Shown: positions 27,754 through 39,800, counted from the stretch's first letter. The stretch is DNA of 64,000 nt from Bacteroidales bacterium UBA5235 (GCA_002409145.1 DHUL01000037.1:49325-113324); one strand, 5' to 3'. Program-made: numbers and translations. Notes: generated by a model not told the origin, from the letters alone.

Positions 27754-29196
27754 TTAATAACCCGGGTTTTGTTGGCAGTTGACATTGGCGTCAATTTCTG
27801 CCTGTGGTATAGGCATGGCCCATAGGTAGTTGACAATTGCCGAGCCACCCGGGGTGAATATTACATTCTTATTTACCAGTCCGGTAAAATCTGTCCTTGA
27901 AAGTGAACGTCCGGTACGTGCAAGGTCAAAGAGTTCGTTTCCTTCGAAGCAAAGTTCCCTTCTTCTTTCAGCGTATATGTCATTGAGGGTCACAGAAGAT
28001 GCAGCAGCAAGACCACGATGTATGCGGACAGCATTAAAATCATTCAGGGCTGTAGCACCAGGGACAGAGGCATCCTCGAGCAGAGCTTCAGCACGAATGA
28101 GATACATCTCGGCAAGTCTCAGAACAGGTGTATTATATTCCCTTATTGAACCATTGCGTCCCGGATATTTCAGGCTCCAGTATTCACCCGGATAATCTTC
28201 AGGTTCGAGATAAAGATCAGCGCGAACATCACCTGCCTCATACAGGTTGATCAGGTCCATGGATGCTGCACAGTCACCGTATCCTTCCGGATTTACCAAA
28301 TAGCTTATGGCCTCCCAGTAACCATGCGAAGTGTTCGGCTCTGAGCCATCTACCTGGAAAATGATTTCAGCGCCCGGTCCGCCACTGCCCCAGTAACCAT
28401 CATTATCCCATGTGGTATAATCCTCGGGGCTGAAGAGTTCAAAACCGGGGGCTCCGATAACATCGGTGGCCAGGGTTGCAGCCTCCTGCCAGTTCTCCAT
28501 ATAGAGGTGGACTTTAGCAAGGAGTGCCTGTGCGGCCACTTTAGTTGCCCAGGCGCCATCATCTCCTCTCGGACTGGTAACGGGAAGAAGCTCTATAGCA
28601 TCTTCAAGGTCTGTAACTACCCTTTCATAGGTCTCGCCAACGGTATTACGGGAAGGATAACCTTCCTCTGTCACCAGAACGACAGGCACACCGGGATTGC
28701 TGACACCTGCTGAATAAGGCTGGCAGTACATGCGTGCCAGGTCAAAGTATGACAATCCCCTCAGGAAAAGGCATTCTCCCTTCAGCAGATCGATGTCAGT
28801 CTGTTCGATTCCAGCTTGCCCGAAACCACCATCAATAACCTCTATTACGTTATTTGCCTTCGCTATGGTTGAATATGCCACCGACCAAAGCCCGGAGGTT
28901 GCACCCGGCCTGTTGTTCCATAAGTATTCGTCAGTATAGCGACCCGAAACAACAGAGCCTCTTTTTGCGTTACCCCCTTTCATGTCAGCAGTAACTATAA
29001 ATCCGGCACCGTACCATTCTGTAGAACACAACTGCGAGTAAGCACCGCCGGTTGCATTGTTGAGTCCGTCAAATGTGGAAAGAGTCTCTTTGTTCAATTG
29101 TGATAACCGGGGTTCTTTCACAAGAAAATCTTCGCATGCTGTGGTAAACAGAACCAGAATGATTACCAGGAATATTGTATAACTTCTCGTTTTCAT
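27754..29196 (-). CDS. SusD/RagB family outer-membrane nutrient-binding lipoprotein
   Basis: 480 aa. Lipobox LFTTACED. LIRAEALLE and ERRRELCFEGNELFDLARTG are typical of SusD. Begins 19 nt after the SusC-like gene. Confidence 0.85.
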   Translation of the reverse strand: MKTRSYTIFLVIILVLFTTACEDFLVKEPRLSQLNKETLSTFDGLNNATGGAYSQLCSTEWYGAGFIVTADMKGGNAKRGSVVSGRYTDEYLWNNRPGATSGLWSVAYSTIAKANNVIEVIDGGFGQAGIEQTDIDLLKGECLFLRGLSYFDLARMYCQPYSAGVSNPGVPVVLVTEEGYPSRNTVGETYERVVTDLEDAIELLPVTSPRGDDGAWATKVAAQALLAKVHLYMENWQEAATLATDVIGAPGFELFSPEDYTTWDNDGYWGSGGPGAEIIFQVDGSEPNTSHGYWEAISYLVNPEGYGDCAASMDLINLYEAGDVRADLYLEPEDYPGEYWSLKYPGRNGSIREYNTPVLRLAEMYLIRAEALLEDASVPGATALNDFNAVRIHRGLAAASSVTLNDIYAERRRELCFEGNELFDLARTGRSLSRTDFTGLVNKNVIFTPGGSAIVNYLWAMPIPQAEIDANVNCQQNPGY

Positions 29197-29215
29197 ATCA
29201 TCATCGTTTTAATGA

Positions 29216-32194
29216 TTAAAATGATACCTCAATCCCACCAATGATCTTCTTTGTCTGAGGGTAGATACCTGAGCCGCTGCCTTCAACCCCTCTTTCGGGA
29301 TCCCAGAAATCTACCTTATGGAAAGTGTAAAGGTTAACAGCAGCTGCATAAATCCTCAGGTTTTGCATTTTCATCCTGGCAGTGACTGCCTTGGGGAGAG
29401 AATAGGAAAGGGTAAGGTTCTTAACCCTTAAATAAGATCCGTCGTATAACCAGCGTGTGCTGAGAGAACTGCTGGAAGCCGATACGTTATTTGCTACCGG
29501 TTTGGGGTTGCGTGCAATCTGACCAGGAGTTGTCCAGTAATCAAGCTGAGTATTGCCATAGTTGTTTGGCCAGCTGAAACCATCAGAATTGGCATACCTG
29601 TTCTCGGTCAGGCAGATGAGGTTGCCATATTTATATTCAAAGTTTACATCCAGGGTCAGACCCTTGTAAGATACTGCGGTATTGAAGCCTCCCGTCAGCT
29701 TGGGTTCAGGAGAGCCGGCAATGATTCTTCTTGCTTCCGAATACTTGTTGGTCAACTCTCCATCTTCATTGTACCACATTGCGTCACCATTGGCAGGGTT
29801 AACGCCGGCATAGTCAAACAGATAGAAGCTGTAGAGCCGTTCTCCGACCTTATGTAAAAGAAGGGTGTTTGATGTCGGCACAAACTGCTCATCTTTCCCA
29901 AGATCAAGTATTTCACTTTTATTATGGGAGAGATTGAAGCCTGCATTCCATTTGAAATCATTACCGGAGATAATAGAGCCGTCTATCAGAAACTCAAATC
30001 CTGCGTTCCTTATGGAACCGATATTCGACTTGATGGACGGGAAACCTGATGTGAGTGATAACGGATAGTCAAGAAGCATATCAGTGGTCTTTCTTGAGTA
30101 TACATCAAATGATCCGGTAATTCTGTCGAATAATGCAAAATCAAAACCGGCATTGTATTCACTGTTGTTTTCCCAACCCAATTCCGGGTTAGCCGGTTGT
30201 ACCGGAACCATTACTGAGATGGCATTGTATTCTGCAGGACGGTATAAACCAAACTGTTCATAGTCGCCAATATTAAAGTTGCCGCTTATACCATAACTGC
30301 CCCTGAGCTTGAGCATATTGACAAAACTGATGTCTTCCATAAAAGCTTCATTATGGATGTTCCATGAGGCACCCAGCGACCAGAAGGTACCCCACCTGTT
30401 TTTTTCACCGAAACGCGATGAACCATCTGATCTCAGGCTGGCCTGCAGATAATACTTACTGTCAAAATTGTAATACATGACGCCAAAGAAAGACAGTATG
30501 GAGTAGGCTGATTCAAAATAGTCAGCATCGTCATCCTCGGCAGTTGCAGTATTTGGGAAGGGTATATCAGGATGAACTCCTGGAGAATAGATGAAATATT
30601 CGTTATAATTATATCTTGAAGCCTCCTGACCTGCAACCACTGACAAAGAATGCCTGTCAAATTCATTGCTGTAGTTGAGTGTATTGGAAGTTGTTAGCAA
30701 AAGATACTTGGTTCTGGATACCTGTAGTGTTCCGGTTTCCTCTCCGTAATTGGCTTCCGGGGTCCAGAGTCTCGCTCCTTCCCCGTCGGTCAGTTCTATA
30801 CCATTTGTGGTCTTTGCGGTGAGTCCTTTGATAATGTTATATTCCAGATATCCATTCCCGTTAAGCTTGTACTGTTTCTCCCACTGCGAATCATAATCAG
30901 CCGTGGCCCTGGGATTTGTATAGTTATTCTCAGGGATGTTGAGATTGTATGTTCCATCTTCATTATAAAGCGGAGTAAAAGGCTTGATCATAATCATCGA
31001 AAACAGGGGATTAGCAAAGTATAAACTCTGCATGGCAATGTCATTTGCCTTTGAGTATGCACCATTTATGCGTGTTCCCAGCTTTAGTTTATTGCTGATC
31101 TTATGATCAATGTTGGAACGTACTGCATACTTCTTGTAATCAGACCCATAAACAATACCCTGATGATCATCATAAACGAGTGAGAAGAAGTTGGCTGTTT
31201 TGTCTGTACCTCCCTCGGCGCTTATTTCGGCAGAATATATGTTGCCGGTCCTGGTAAGCTCTTTTTTCCAATCCGTTACCGGTCCGTCAAGTAATGACAA
31301 GGGGAAATAATAGGCTGCCCTGGTCGGGTCATCCGGATTGCCTCCGGCGTTTGTAACGGCAAGCCTCTGATATGTAAGGTATTCCTCAGCAGTCAGGGGG
31401 CGATAACCATTATCATTTGCCAGCTGTTCCACTCCGTAGGAGGCGCGGAAGTTAATCTTCGTTGCACCGGATTTACCTGATTTGGTAGTGATAAGGATAA
31501 CCCCGTTTGCAGCCCGCGAACCGTAGATGCTTGAAGCAGCGGCGTCCTTGAGGATCGTCATCGACTCAACATCATTCGGGTTAAGTGATGCAAGCGCGTT
31601 ACCTGTGTTGGTGAAGTAACTCTGATTACCCGACAATACAGGAATTCCGTCTATTACATACAGAGGTTCAGTACCGGCATTAATAGAACTGATGCCACGG
31701 ATACGTATCTCCGAGGCAGCTCCGGGCTGCCCGGATGTAGAGGTTACCTGAACACCGGCCACCTTCCCGGTAAGCATCTTTTCAATACTTGTTTCAGGGA
31801 TGTTCTTGATTTCAGCACTCCTGACCTCACCGACTGATCCCGTGCTGGCCTCTCGTTTCTGCACGCCATAAGCCACCACGATCACCTCCTCAAGGTTCAG
31901 AAGATCAGGTTGCATGGCAATATCAATGATGTTACCTGCACCTACGGTAACTTCCTGTGTCTTCTGGCCCGTAAACCTGTACACAAGGATCTGTCCCTCC
32001 GAGGCTTTAATTGAATACTGACCATCAGTGTCGGTCACTACCCCTGTTGTGGTCCCCTTTACCTGAACAGTCACTCCCGGTATGCCCAAATTGTCTTCTG
32101 TGCCGGTAACAGTTCCGGTAATTAACTTTTCCTGGGCAAAGGCAGTTGCCAGGAATCCACATAGTACCATAAATACTAAAATTCCCCTTTTCAT
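29216..32194 (-). CDS. SusC/RagA family TonB-dependent outer-membrane transporter
   Basis: 992 aa. ITGTVTGTEDNLGIPGVTVQVKGTTTGVVTDTDGQYSI, plug motif TILKDAAASSIYGSRAANGVILITTKSG, and a terminal aromatic residue (EVSF). No N-terminal anti-sigma signalling extension. Confidence 0.9.
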   Translation of the reverse strand: MKRGILVFMVLCGFLATAFAQEKLITGTVTGTEDNLGIPGVTVQVKGTTTGVVTDTDGQYSIKASEGQILVYRFTGQKTQEVTVGAGNIIDIAMQPDLLNLEEVIVVAYGVQKREASTGSVGEVRSAEIKNIPETSIEKMLTGKVAGVQVTSTSGQPGAASEIRIRGISSINAGTEPLYVIDGIPVLSGNQSYFTNTGNALASLNPNDVESMTILKDAAASSIYGSRAANGVILITTKSGKSGATKINFRASYGVEQLANDNGYRPLTAEEYLTYQRLAVTNAGGNPDDPTRAAYYFPLSLLDGPVTDWKKELTRTGNIYSAEISAEGGTDKTANFFSLVYDDHQGIVYGSDYKKYAVRSNIDHKISNKLKLGTRINGAYSKANDIAMQSLYFANPLFSMIMIKPFTPLYNEDGTYNLNIPENNYTNPRATADYDSQWEKQYKLNGNGYLEYNIIKGLTAKTTNGIELTDGEGARLWTPEANYGEETGTLQVSRTKYLLLTTSNTLNYSNEFDRHSLSVVAGQEASRYNYNEYFIYSPGVHPDIPFPNTATAEDDDADYFESAYSILSFFGVMYYNFDSKYYLQASLRSDGSSRFGEKNRWGTFWSLGASWNIHNEAFMEDISFVNMLKLRGSYGISGNFNIGDYEQFGLYRPAEYNAISVMVPVQPANPELGWENNSEYNAGFDFALFDRITGSFDVYSRKTTDMLLDYPLSLTSGFPSIKSNIGSIRNAGFEFLIDGSIISGNDFKWNAGFNLSHNKSEILDLGKDEQFVPTSNTLLLHKVGERLYSFYLFDYAGVNPANGDAMWYNEDGELTNKYSEARRIIAGSPEPKLTGGFNTAVSYKGLTLDVNFEYKYGNLICLTENRYANSDGFSWPNNYGNTQLDYWTTPGQIARNPKPVANNVSASSSSLSTRWLYDGSYLRVKNLTLSYSLPKAVTARMKMQNLRIYAAAVNLYTFHKVDFWDPERGVEGSGSGIYPQTKKIIGGIEVSF

Positions 32195-32306
32195 AACTTT
32201 TCAAAATGTTTAGCAATTTTGTAGTAGTTCCAAATATGCAAATACATACTAGAAATCAAACTCCCATTGTTAAAAAAAATTGTTTCAGGGCATCCCCCTT
32301 TTTCCT

Positions 32307-32314
32307 TAAATTTG
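32307..32314 (+). promoter_or_regulatory. candidate -7 promoter box TAAATTTG
   Basis: Exact TAnnTTTG match, 41 nt upstream of the dnaE ATG. Confidence 0.3.
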
Positions 32315-32354
32315 TCAGCAGGTGAGGTGAAAATCAGGTAACAAACAGTTTTTT

Positions 32355-35300
32355 ATGTCTTTATTTGTTCATTTACACGTACATACACAATATTCCATTC
32401 TTGACGGGGCATCAGCCGTAAAAACTCTGGTCCGAAGGGCGAATGAACTGGGAATGAAAGCTCTTGCCATCACTGACCATGGGAACATGTTCGGCGTAAA
32501 AGAATTCCATGATGCAGCTACTGCTGCATCCATAAAACCCATTATCGGATGCGAAATCTACGTGGCACGGACAAGCCTTGAAGACAAAACATCCGTGGAG
32601 GACCGCTCCGGTGACCATCTTATATTACTGGCAAAAAACAAAACCGGGTACCGGAACCTGATCAAACTGGTTTCAGAAGCATGGATCCGGGGCTTCTATT
32701 ACAAGCCACGCATTGACAAGGAGCTTCTCCGTAAGCATCGTGAGGGACTTATCGCTTCTTCCGCCTGCATTGCCGGAGAGGCGGCGCAGGAAATACTGAC
32801 GGGAAACATACGTGCAGCTGAGGAAGCCATCCTTTCATACAGTGAGATCTTCGGTGACGACTACTACCTTGAGGTGCAACGCCACGAAACAACTGATCCG
32901 ACAGCCGATGTTACCGTCTTCCCCCAGCAGCAACGGGTGATAGCCGCATACCGTGAGCTGGCAGCAAAACACAATATTAAAATAATAGCCTCTAACGACG
33001 TCCACTTCATAATGAAGGATGACGCCGAGGCTCACGATCGTCTTATTTGCCTCAATACGGGCAAGGATATCGATGACCTTAAGAGACTTCGCTATACCAA
33101 ACAGGAGTACCTGAAGAGTGCAGATGAGATGCTGGACATCTTTGCCGATATTCCCGAGGCGGTCAGCAACACTGTGGACCTGGCAGATAAGGTTGAGTAT
33201 TACAAGCTTAACAGCGAGCCCATAATGCCGGAATTCTTGATCCCCGGCGAATTTGCCGACAAGGACGAATACCTCCGGCACCTGACGATGAAAGGAGCAG
33301 CAGAGCGGTGGGAGACTATCACACCTGAAATACAGTCACGCATTGATTTTGAGCTCTCAGTAATCAAAAACATGGGCTTCCCCGGCTACTTCCTGATAGT
33401 GCAGGATTTCCTGAAGGCTGCCCGCGGGATGGGCGTATGGGTCGGTCCGGGCAGGGGATCTGCTGCCGGTAGTGCCGTAGCCTATTCTCTCCGGATCACT
33501 GACATTGATCCCATAAAGTATAATCTCCTCTTCGAAAGATTCCTCAACCCTGACCGCATCTCGATGCCTGACATAGACATTGACTTCGACGAAGACGGCC
33601 GTGAGAAGGTACTCAGGTACGTGGTTGAAAAGTACGGTCATGACCGTGTGGCACATATCATAACCTTCGGCACCATGGCCGCCAAGATGGCTATCAGGGA
33701 TGTTGCCCGCGTACAGAAACTGCCTCTTCCCGAAGCAATAAGGCTGACTAAGCTGGTGCCCGACAGACCCGGCACAACCCTGGCATCAGCTTACGAGGAA
33801 GTGCCTGAGCTGCTGAAGGAGAAGGAGTCAAAGGAACCACTGGTAGCCCAGACACTGAAGTATGCAGAGGTGCTAGAAGGAAGCATCAGGCAGACCGGTG
33901 TCCACGCCTGCGGAATAATTATAGGCAAGGATAACCTGTCAGAACATATACCCATCTGTACTGCGAAGGATACTGACCTCTATGTGACCCAGTACGAAGG
34001 CAACCACGTTGAGTCAGTGGGGCTTCTGAAAATGGACTTTCTTGGTCTGAAAACCCTTTCAATCATGAAGGATGCCGTTGACAATATTAAAAAGTCAAAA
34101 GGCATAACAATTGACCTCCAGACCCTGGAACTCGATGACCGGGTTACATATGAACTCTTCAGCAACGGTGAGACAACAGGCGTATTCCAGTTTGAATCTG
34201 TCGGTATGAAACGGTACCTCCGCGAACTGAAGCCAAACCAGTTCGGTGACCTTATCGCCATGAACGCTCTCTACCGCCCCGGACCGATGGACTATATACC
34301 GCAGTTCATCAGGCGCAAGCACGGGAAGGAAAAGATCTCATACGAGGTGCCGGCCATGGAAAAGTATCTTAAAGAAACATACGGCATCACTGTTTACCAG
34401 GAACAGGTGATGCTTCTCTCACAGGAACTGGGAGGTTTTTCCAAAGGCCAGGCCGACTCGCTGCGCAAGGCGATGGGCAAAAAGAAGCGTGACATCATGG
34501 ACAGGCTCAAGGAGCAGTTCATTGAGGGTTGCCGCAGGAACGAATATGACCAGAACACAATAAACAAGATATGGTCAGACTGGGAATCGTTCGCTCAATA
34601 TGCCTTCAACAAGTCACACTCAACCTGTTATGCGCTGATAGCCTACCAGACGGGATACCTCAAGGCACATTACCCGGCAGAGTTCATGGCGGCAGTACTG
34701 AGCCGCAACATCAGTGATATAAAGAAGATCACCGTCATGATGGAGGAGACCAGGCGAATGGGGATAGAAGTTCTTGGCCCTGACGTAAATGAGAGCCTCC
34801 TGCAGTTCACCGTCAACCGTAACGGCAACATCAGGTTCGGACTGGGCGCCATCAAGGGTGTGGGTGAGAATGCAGTACTCCACCTGATTGAGGAAAGGGA
34901 AAAGAACGGTCCATACAAAGATATTTATGATCTTGCAGAAAGGGTGAACCTGAACACTGTCAACAAAAAAATGCTTGAAGCCCTGGTGGTATCAGGCGCC
35001 CTCGACGGGCTTCAGGGGATGACCAGGGCCCAGTACTTCGCCGCTGACGGCAAGGGCTCCAGCTTCCTCGAAAGCCTTATCCGTTACGGCAACAACGTGA
35101 AGAACATCAGGAACAGCACCCAGCAGTCACTCTTCGGCGACACCGGCGGATTTGACCTGGTACGTCCCGAACCGGCACCATGCCCCGAATGGTCAAAGCT
35201 TGAAAGACTTAACAAGGAAAAGGAGGTTATCGGCATCTACCTCTCATCACACCCTCTTGATGATTTCAAACTTGAGATCAGCACATTCTGCAATGCAAAC

Positions 35301-35840
35301 CTGACCGACCTTCAGAACCTGAGTGAGTTCGCCAACCGTGATGTCTGCGTCGCCGGTATCGTGAGTGACACCCGCAGCGGGGTGACCAGGAACGGCAAAC
35401 CCTTCGGGGGATTCACCCTGCAGGATTATACTGATTCGTTCTCCTTCCTGCTGTTTGACAAGGATTATGTTTCCTTCAGCAACTACTTCAGGAATGACTA
35501 TCAGCTCCTTGTAAGAGGGAGGGTGCAGGGAAGACATTTCAACCCCGAGGAGCTTGAATTCAAGATAAAGGAGATCCACCTCCTGACTGCCGTCAGGGAA
35601 GACCTGATAACATCAATCACCATAAAACTGAAACCGGAACTGGTTAATCCTGAATTCATTAAAAACCTTAAGTCAGTCATATCGGAAAACCCCGGGAACA
35701 AATCTCTGAAATTCCTGTTGATTGACCATGATGAAAGGATTACCATCCCGCTCTTCTCGCGAAGTATAAAGGCAGGTATCACTGATGAGCTTATCGGATG
35801 GCTTGAAGATAATCCGGAACTCGGTTTTAAAGTAAATTAG
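32355..35840 (+). CDS. dnaE: DNA polymerase III alpha subunit
   Basis: 1161 aa. PHP domain HLHVHTQYSILDG, with palm, fingers and OB regions colinear with DnaE. Confidence 0.96.
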   Translation: MSLFVHLHVHTQYSILDGASAVKTLVRRANELGMKALAITDHGNMFGVKEFHDAATAASIKPIIGCEIYVARTSLEDKTSVEDRSGDHLILLAKNKTGYRNLIKLVSEAWIRGFYYKPRIDKELLRKHREGLIASSACIAGEAAQEILTGNIRAAEEAILSYSEIFGDDYYLEVQRHETTDPTADVTVFPQQQRVIAAYRELAAKHNIKIIASNDVHFIMKDDAEAHDRLICLNTGKDIDDLKRLRYTKQEYLKSADEMLDIFADIPEAVSNTVDLADKVEYYKLNSEPIMPEFLIPGEFADKDEYLRHLTMKGAAERWETITPEIQSRIDFELSVIKNMGFPGYFLIVQDFLKAARGMGVWVGPGRGSAAGSAVAYSLRITDIDPIKYNLLFERFLNPDRISMPDIDIDFDEDGREKVLRYVVEKYGHDRVAHIITFGTMAAKMAIRDVARVQKLPLPEAIRLTKLVPDRPGTTLASAYEEVPELLKEKESKEPLVAQTLKYAEVLEGSIRQTGVHACGIIIGKDNLSEHIPICTAKDTDLYVTQYEGNHVESVGLLKMDFLGLKTLSIMKDAVDNIKKSKGITIDLQTLELDDRVTYELFSNGETTGVFQFESVGMKRYLRELKPNQFGDLIAMNALYRPGPMDYIPQFIRRKHGKEKISYEVPAMEKYLKETYGITVYQEQVMLLSQELGGFSKGQADSLRKAMGKKKRDIMDRLKEQFIEGCRRNEYDQNTINKIWSDWESFAQYAFNKSHSTCYALIAYQTGYLKAHYPAEFMAAVLSRNISDIKKITVMMEETRRMGIEVLGPDVNESLLQFTVNRNGNIRFGLGAIKGVGENAVLHLIEEREKNGPYKDIYDLAERVNLNTVNKKMLEALVVSGALDGLQGMTRAQYFAADGKGSSFLESLIRYGNNVKNIRNSTQQSLFGDTGGFDLVRPEPAPCPEWSKLERLNKEKEVIGIYLSSHPLDDFKLEISTFCNANLTDLQNLSEFANRDVCVAGIVSDTRSGVTRNGKPFGGFTLQDYTDSFSFLLFDKDYVSFSNYFRNDYQLLVRGRVQGRHFNPEELEFKIKEIHLLTAVREDLITSITIKLKPELVNPEFIKNLKSVISENPGNKSLKFLLIDHDERITIPLFSRSIKAGITDELIGWLEDNPELGFKVN

Positions 35841-35886
35841 GTATCTTTGAAACGGAAAGAAAGTAATTAAAGAAACATATAACATT

Positions 35887-36204
35887 ATGGCACAACAAGT
35901 TAACGACAGCAATTTTGATGAGGTAGTATTGAAGTCAGACAAACCGGTTATTGTTGATTTCTGGGCTGAATGGTGCGGACCCTGCAGAATGATAGCTCCC
36001 TACATTGAACAGATAGCAGAGGCTTACAAGGAGAAAGCGCTGGTCGTTAAGTGTGACGTTGACAGCTCCCCTGAAGTTGCCCGCCGGTTTATGATAAGAA
36101 ATATCCCGACTGTGCTTTATTTCAAAAACGGTGAGGTGGTTGACAAGCAGGTGGGCGCCGCTGCCCGCTCTGCCTTCGAGGCCAAGCTCACTCCCCTGCT
36201 ATGA
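35887..36204 (+). CDS. trxA: thioredoxin
   Basis: 105 aa with the WAEWCGPCR active site. Confidence 0.93.
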   Translation: MAQQVNDSNFDEVVLKSDKPVIVDFWAEWCGPCRMIAPYIEQIAEAYKEKALVVKCDVDSSPEVARRFMIRNIPTVLYFKNGEVVDKQVGAAARSAFEAKLTPLL

Positions 36205-36211
36205 TAACAGT

Positions 36212-36787
36212 ATGAAGGTATGTGTTTTTGCAGCCTCCAGCAGCCGTATTGACCCTGCTTATATGAAAGCGGCTGAAGAACTGGGCGTGGCATTTGCCAG
36301 GCACAGGGTTCATGCTGTGTTCGGCGGAGGAGGCATAGGACTGATGGGGGTATTCGCCGATTCACTGATGACTCATGGCGGCACCCTGACCGGAGTAATC
36401 CCGGGTTTTATGATAGATGAGGGCTGGGGACACAGCGGGGTGAGTGATATGATTGTCACCCCTGACATGTCAGAGAGGAAGAAAACCATCTTCGCCATGT
36501 CAGATGCTGCAGTAGCTCTTCCCGGCGGCGTGGGGACACTCGAAGAACTAACGGAAGTTATCACCCTTAAGCAACTGGGTCAGTTCAACAAACCTATCGT
36601 AATCATTAATGTCAACGGTTTCTATGACCACCTGATCGAGTTTTTTGACCATATGGTCAGGGGTCACTTCATGAGACTGGAACACAAGGATATATGGCAG
36701 ATAGTTACCACTGCCGATGAGGTTGTGCCGGCCATTATCAATTATACCGGCTGGCATGCCGATCCCAGGGTGATTGCCAGGATATAA
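36212..36787 (+). CDS. LOG family nucleotide 5'-monophosphate nucleosidase (TIGR00730-type)
   Basis: The track ORF starts at 36131, inside trxA. ATG 36212 (MKVCVFAASS) is preferred. Motifs GGGGIGLMG and PGGVGTLEEL. Confidence 0.8.
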   Translation: MKVCVFAASSSRIDPAYMKAAEELGVAFARHRVHAVFGGGGIGLMGVFADSLMTHGGTLTGVIPGFMIDEGWGHSGVSDMIVTPDMSERKKTIFAMSDAAVALPGGVGTLEELTEVITLKQLGQFNKPIVIINVNGFYDHLIEFFDHMVRGHFMRLEHKDIWQIVTTADEVVPAIINYTGWHADPRVIARI

Positions 36788-36825
36788 CCCGACTCATTGA
36801 AAGCGTCTGAAAGGCATGCTGTTAT

Positions 36826-39800
36826 TTAAGGCACCCTGGTCCCGATAAACAGAATATCATCAACCTGGGCCAGGTCACCCATCCATTCCCTGATGGCTTT
36901 TTCGAGACGGAACTTCTGTTCCTCAACAGGAAGCATATGAATTTCGGCCAGCAGTGACCTGATATTTATGGTCTTGAACTTTTTCTCATGTTCTCCGCCG
37001 AACTGGTCGGCAAAGCCGTCGGTGAAGATGTAGAGCATGTCGCCAGGCTTTACCTCCACCCTGTGGTTGGTAAAGCTCTTCCTGGCCTGTCCGTCGATCA
37101 TTCCTATCGGGAAACGGTCACCCCTGTATATGGTTACCTTGCCTTCACGGACATGATAAAGGGGCTGGTATGCCCCGGCATAATCGACTGTATGCTCCAG
37201 GATATCATATGAAATAACCGAGATATCCATTCCGTCCCTGACGGCCTTTTCGCTGCGTTGCAGCAGGGCATGGACAACCTCGATGTTCAGATGGTCAAGG
37301 ATGTCTGACGGTTTTGTTATGCCGCTCTCTCTGACTATCTTATTGAGGGAGTTATGGCCGATGATTGACATAAAGGCTCCTGGAACGCCGTGTCCGGTGC
37401 AGTCGACTGCAGCAATATATTGCTTGAAGCCGCTGTCATGCATCCAGTAGAAGTCACCGCTCACAATATCCCTCGGCATGAACAGCACGAATGTATCATT
37501 GAAGAAATTTTCCGGTGGCAGCATAGCCGCCTGAATCCTCTCTGCATACCTGATGCTGGCGGTGGTATCCCTGTTTTTCTCCTCCAGTTCCAGGCTTTTG
37601 CTGACTACCTCGGCGGTACGTTCCTCAACCTTCTGTTCCAGGTGCTCCTTTTCCCGGCGCAGCGTTCTTTCGCGGAGGCTTATGAAGAGATATATTCCCG
37701 CAACCAGTGAAGTGATGCAGAGTATGATGAACCACGAAGTCATGTATACCGGCCCCCTTATGGAGAATGATAGTTTTGCCGGTACCTCGTTCCAGTAACC
37801 ATAGTTGTTTGAAGCCCTCACCATGAAGGTATACCTGCCCGGACTGAGTGTCGGATATGTGGCACGGTTCTGGTCCGTGGTGATCCACTCCTTGTCTAAT
37901 CCCTCAAGCATGAACTGGTATCTTACCGCTCCGGGATTGACAAGGCAGATGCTGAGGAAGTCAAAGATAATTCTGTTTTGTGTATGCATGAGCCTTATAC
38001 CGTCATGCATCGGGAATACCTCGTAGTTGACAAGCGTTCTCCAGATATGCGTTTCAGGCTCGGTAACCACCGGGGGTATCATGGAGGGAGAGAGTCTCAT
38101 TGCCCCGTTTGATGTTCCGAACCAGAGGTCGCCCATATCATCTGCAAACGAGGCATTGGGCCTGGTCTCAATACCGGTAAAGCCGCTCTTTTCCGTAAAT
38201 GAAGAGATCCTGCCTGTGTTGCTGTCATACCTGTTCAGCCCCAGGTTGGTTCCTATGAACAGGTTACCGGACCTGTCAGGCTGAAGAAGGTTGATTGAAT
38301 TCATCAGCAGGCCTTCAGCCTCCGTGAGTTTCTTTTTCACCGTGTCATTCCTCAGACCATAGAGTCCGTCAATAGTACCCACCCAGATCATTCCGTCAGG
38401 GGTTTCAGTGATGGCTGTCGGATGTACATCAGACCTGAAGGTCACAGGGGTGAATGTATTGCTCCCCGGGGTGAACCTGGTGAGGCCGTTACGCTCCTCG
38501 GTGCCTATCCACAGAGAGCCGCGGCTGTCGCAGAAGAGAGAGGTTATGTTGTTTCCCGTCAGGCCGTTGATCTGCGTATAGGTTGTACTCTGCTTGCGCC
38601 TGGCATCCCACATTATGAGGGCCCTGTCAGTGCCAATCCAGAGGTTATCCCTCAGGTCAGTGGTCATGGCGGCGATCCTCAGAGAGCGGAGGCTGGCGTT
38701 GAGGTCAAGGTCATACCGGAAATTCCTTTCGTCAATATCATAGCGGTACACCTCGTCGCCTGCGGTGGCTATCCATACATTTCCCTCATTGTCAGGACTG
38801 ATAATGCTTATCTGTGTTCCCTCAAGCGATGGGGGGAATCCGCTGAGCTTGATACGGTCCTCCTCTTTAAGGGCGGGGTTGTACAGTGAGAGGCCCCTGC
38901 TGGTGCCGAACCAGTACCTGCCCGTGTGATCCTGGGCCAGGGAGAAAACATCGTTTGAGGGCATGAACTGCGGTGCCATGAACGAGGCAAAGTGGTCACC
39001 CTTATAGATGAAGAGCCCTGCATCACGGTCAGCTATCAGTATATTTTTTTCCTTATCCTCAATCATGCAGAGGATGTGCTGAGCGGGCAGGCCGTTGCTA
39101 CTGTTGTAGACGACTGTCCCCTCCGGGGAAAAGACTGTTATTCCTCCCCTGCTTTCCCAGTCTTCCATTGATGCCACCCAGATATTACCCCGGTAGTCTT
39201 CGAGGATGTAAGAGACAAAATTGCCCCAGAGGCCGCTGCGCGTATCAAAGAAGCCCATCTCTCCCGTCTCGCCATCCTGACGGTAGAGCCCGCCGTTGAA
39301 GGTTCCGAACCACATATTTCCCCGTGAGTCCTCGAAGATGGTTGTAGTCAGGAAGTAGCGTGTCAGCCCTTCCGGATTGAAAGGAACAAACCTGTCACTT
39401 GCATGGTCATACTTCCTGATGCCCATGTCAGTGATGGAGTACAGGTTTTCGCGATGGTCGGCATAAAGTCCGAAGACGTCATTGCTGAGTCCCTGGCGGC
39501 CTGCATATTGCTGGCCGGTCATCAGTGTCACCCCATGTTCCGGCATGTCAAGTCTCAGCGCTCCGCCGAGAGAGGTTGAGACCCAGATGGAGCCGTCGTA
39601 TTCAGTAATGCCTGTAACATCTCCCGTCAGGCTGGTGACGGGTCTCAGTGGGTCACTGATACGGGCAGAATCGACTCCGATGAATATAGATGGGGAAAAA
39701 GATGCTCTTCTGATTATGTTGTCCCCGATAATTGAAACACCCCCGCCGATATGTCCCAGCCATAGTCTTCCGCGGCTGTCCTCGCAGATGCTTTTTACGC

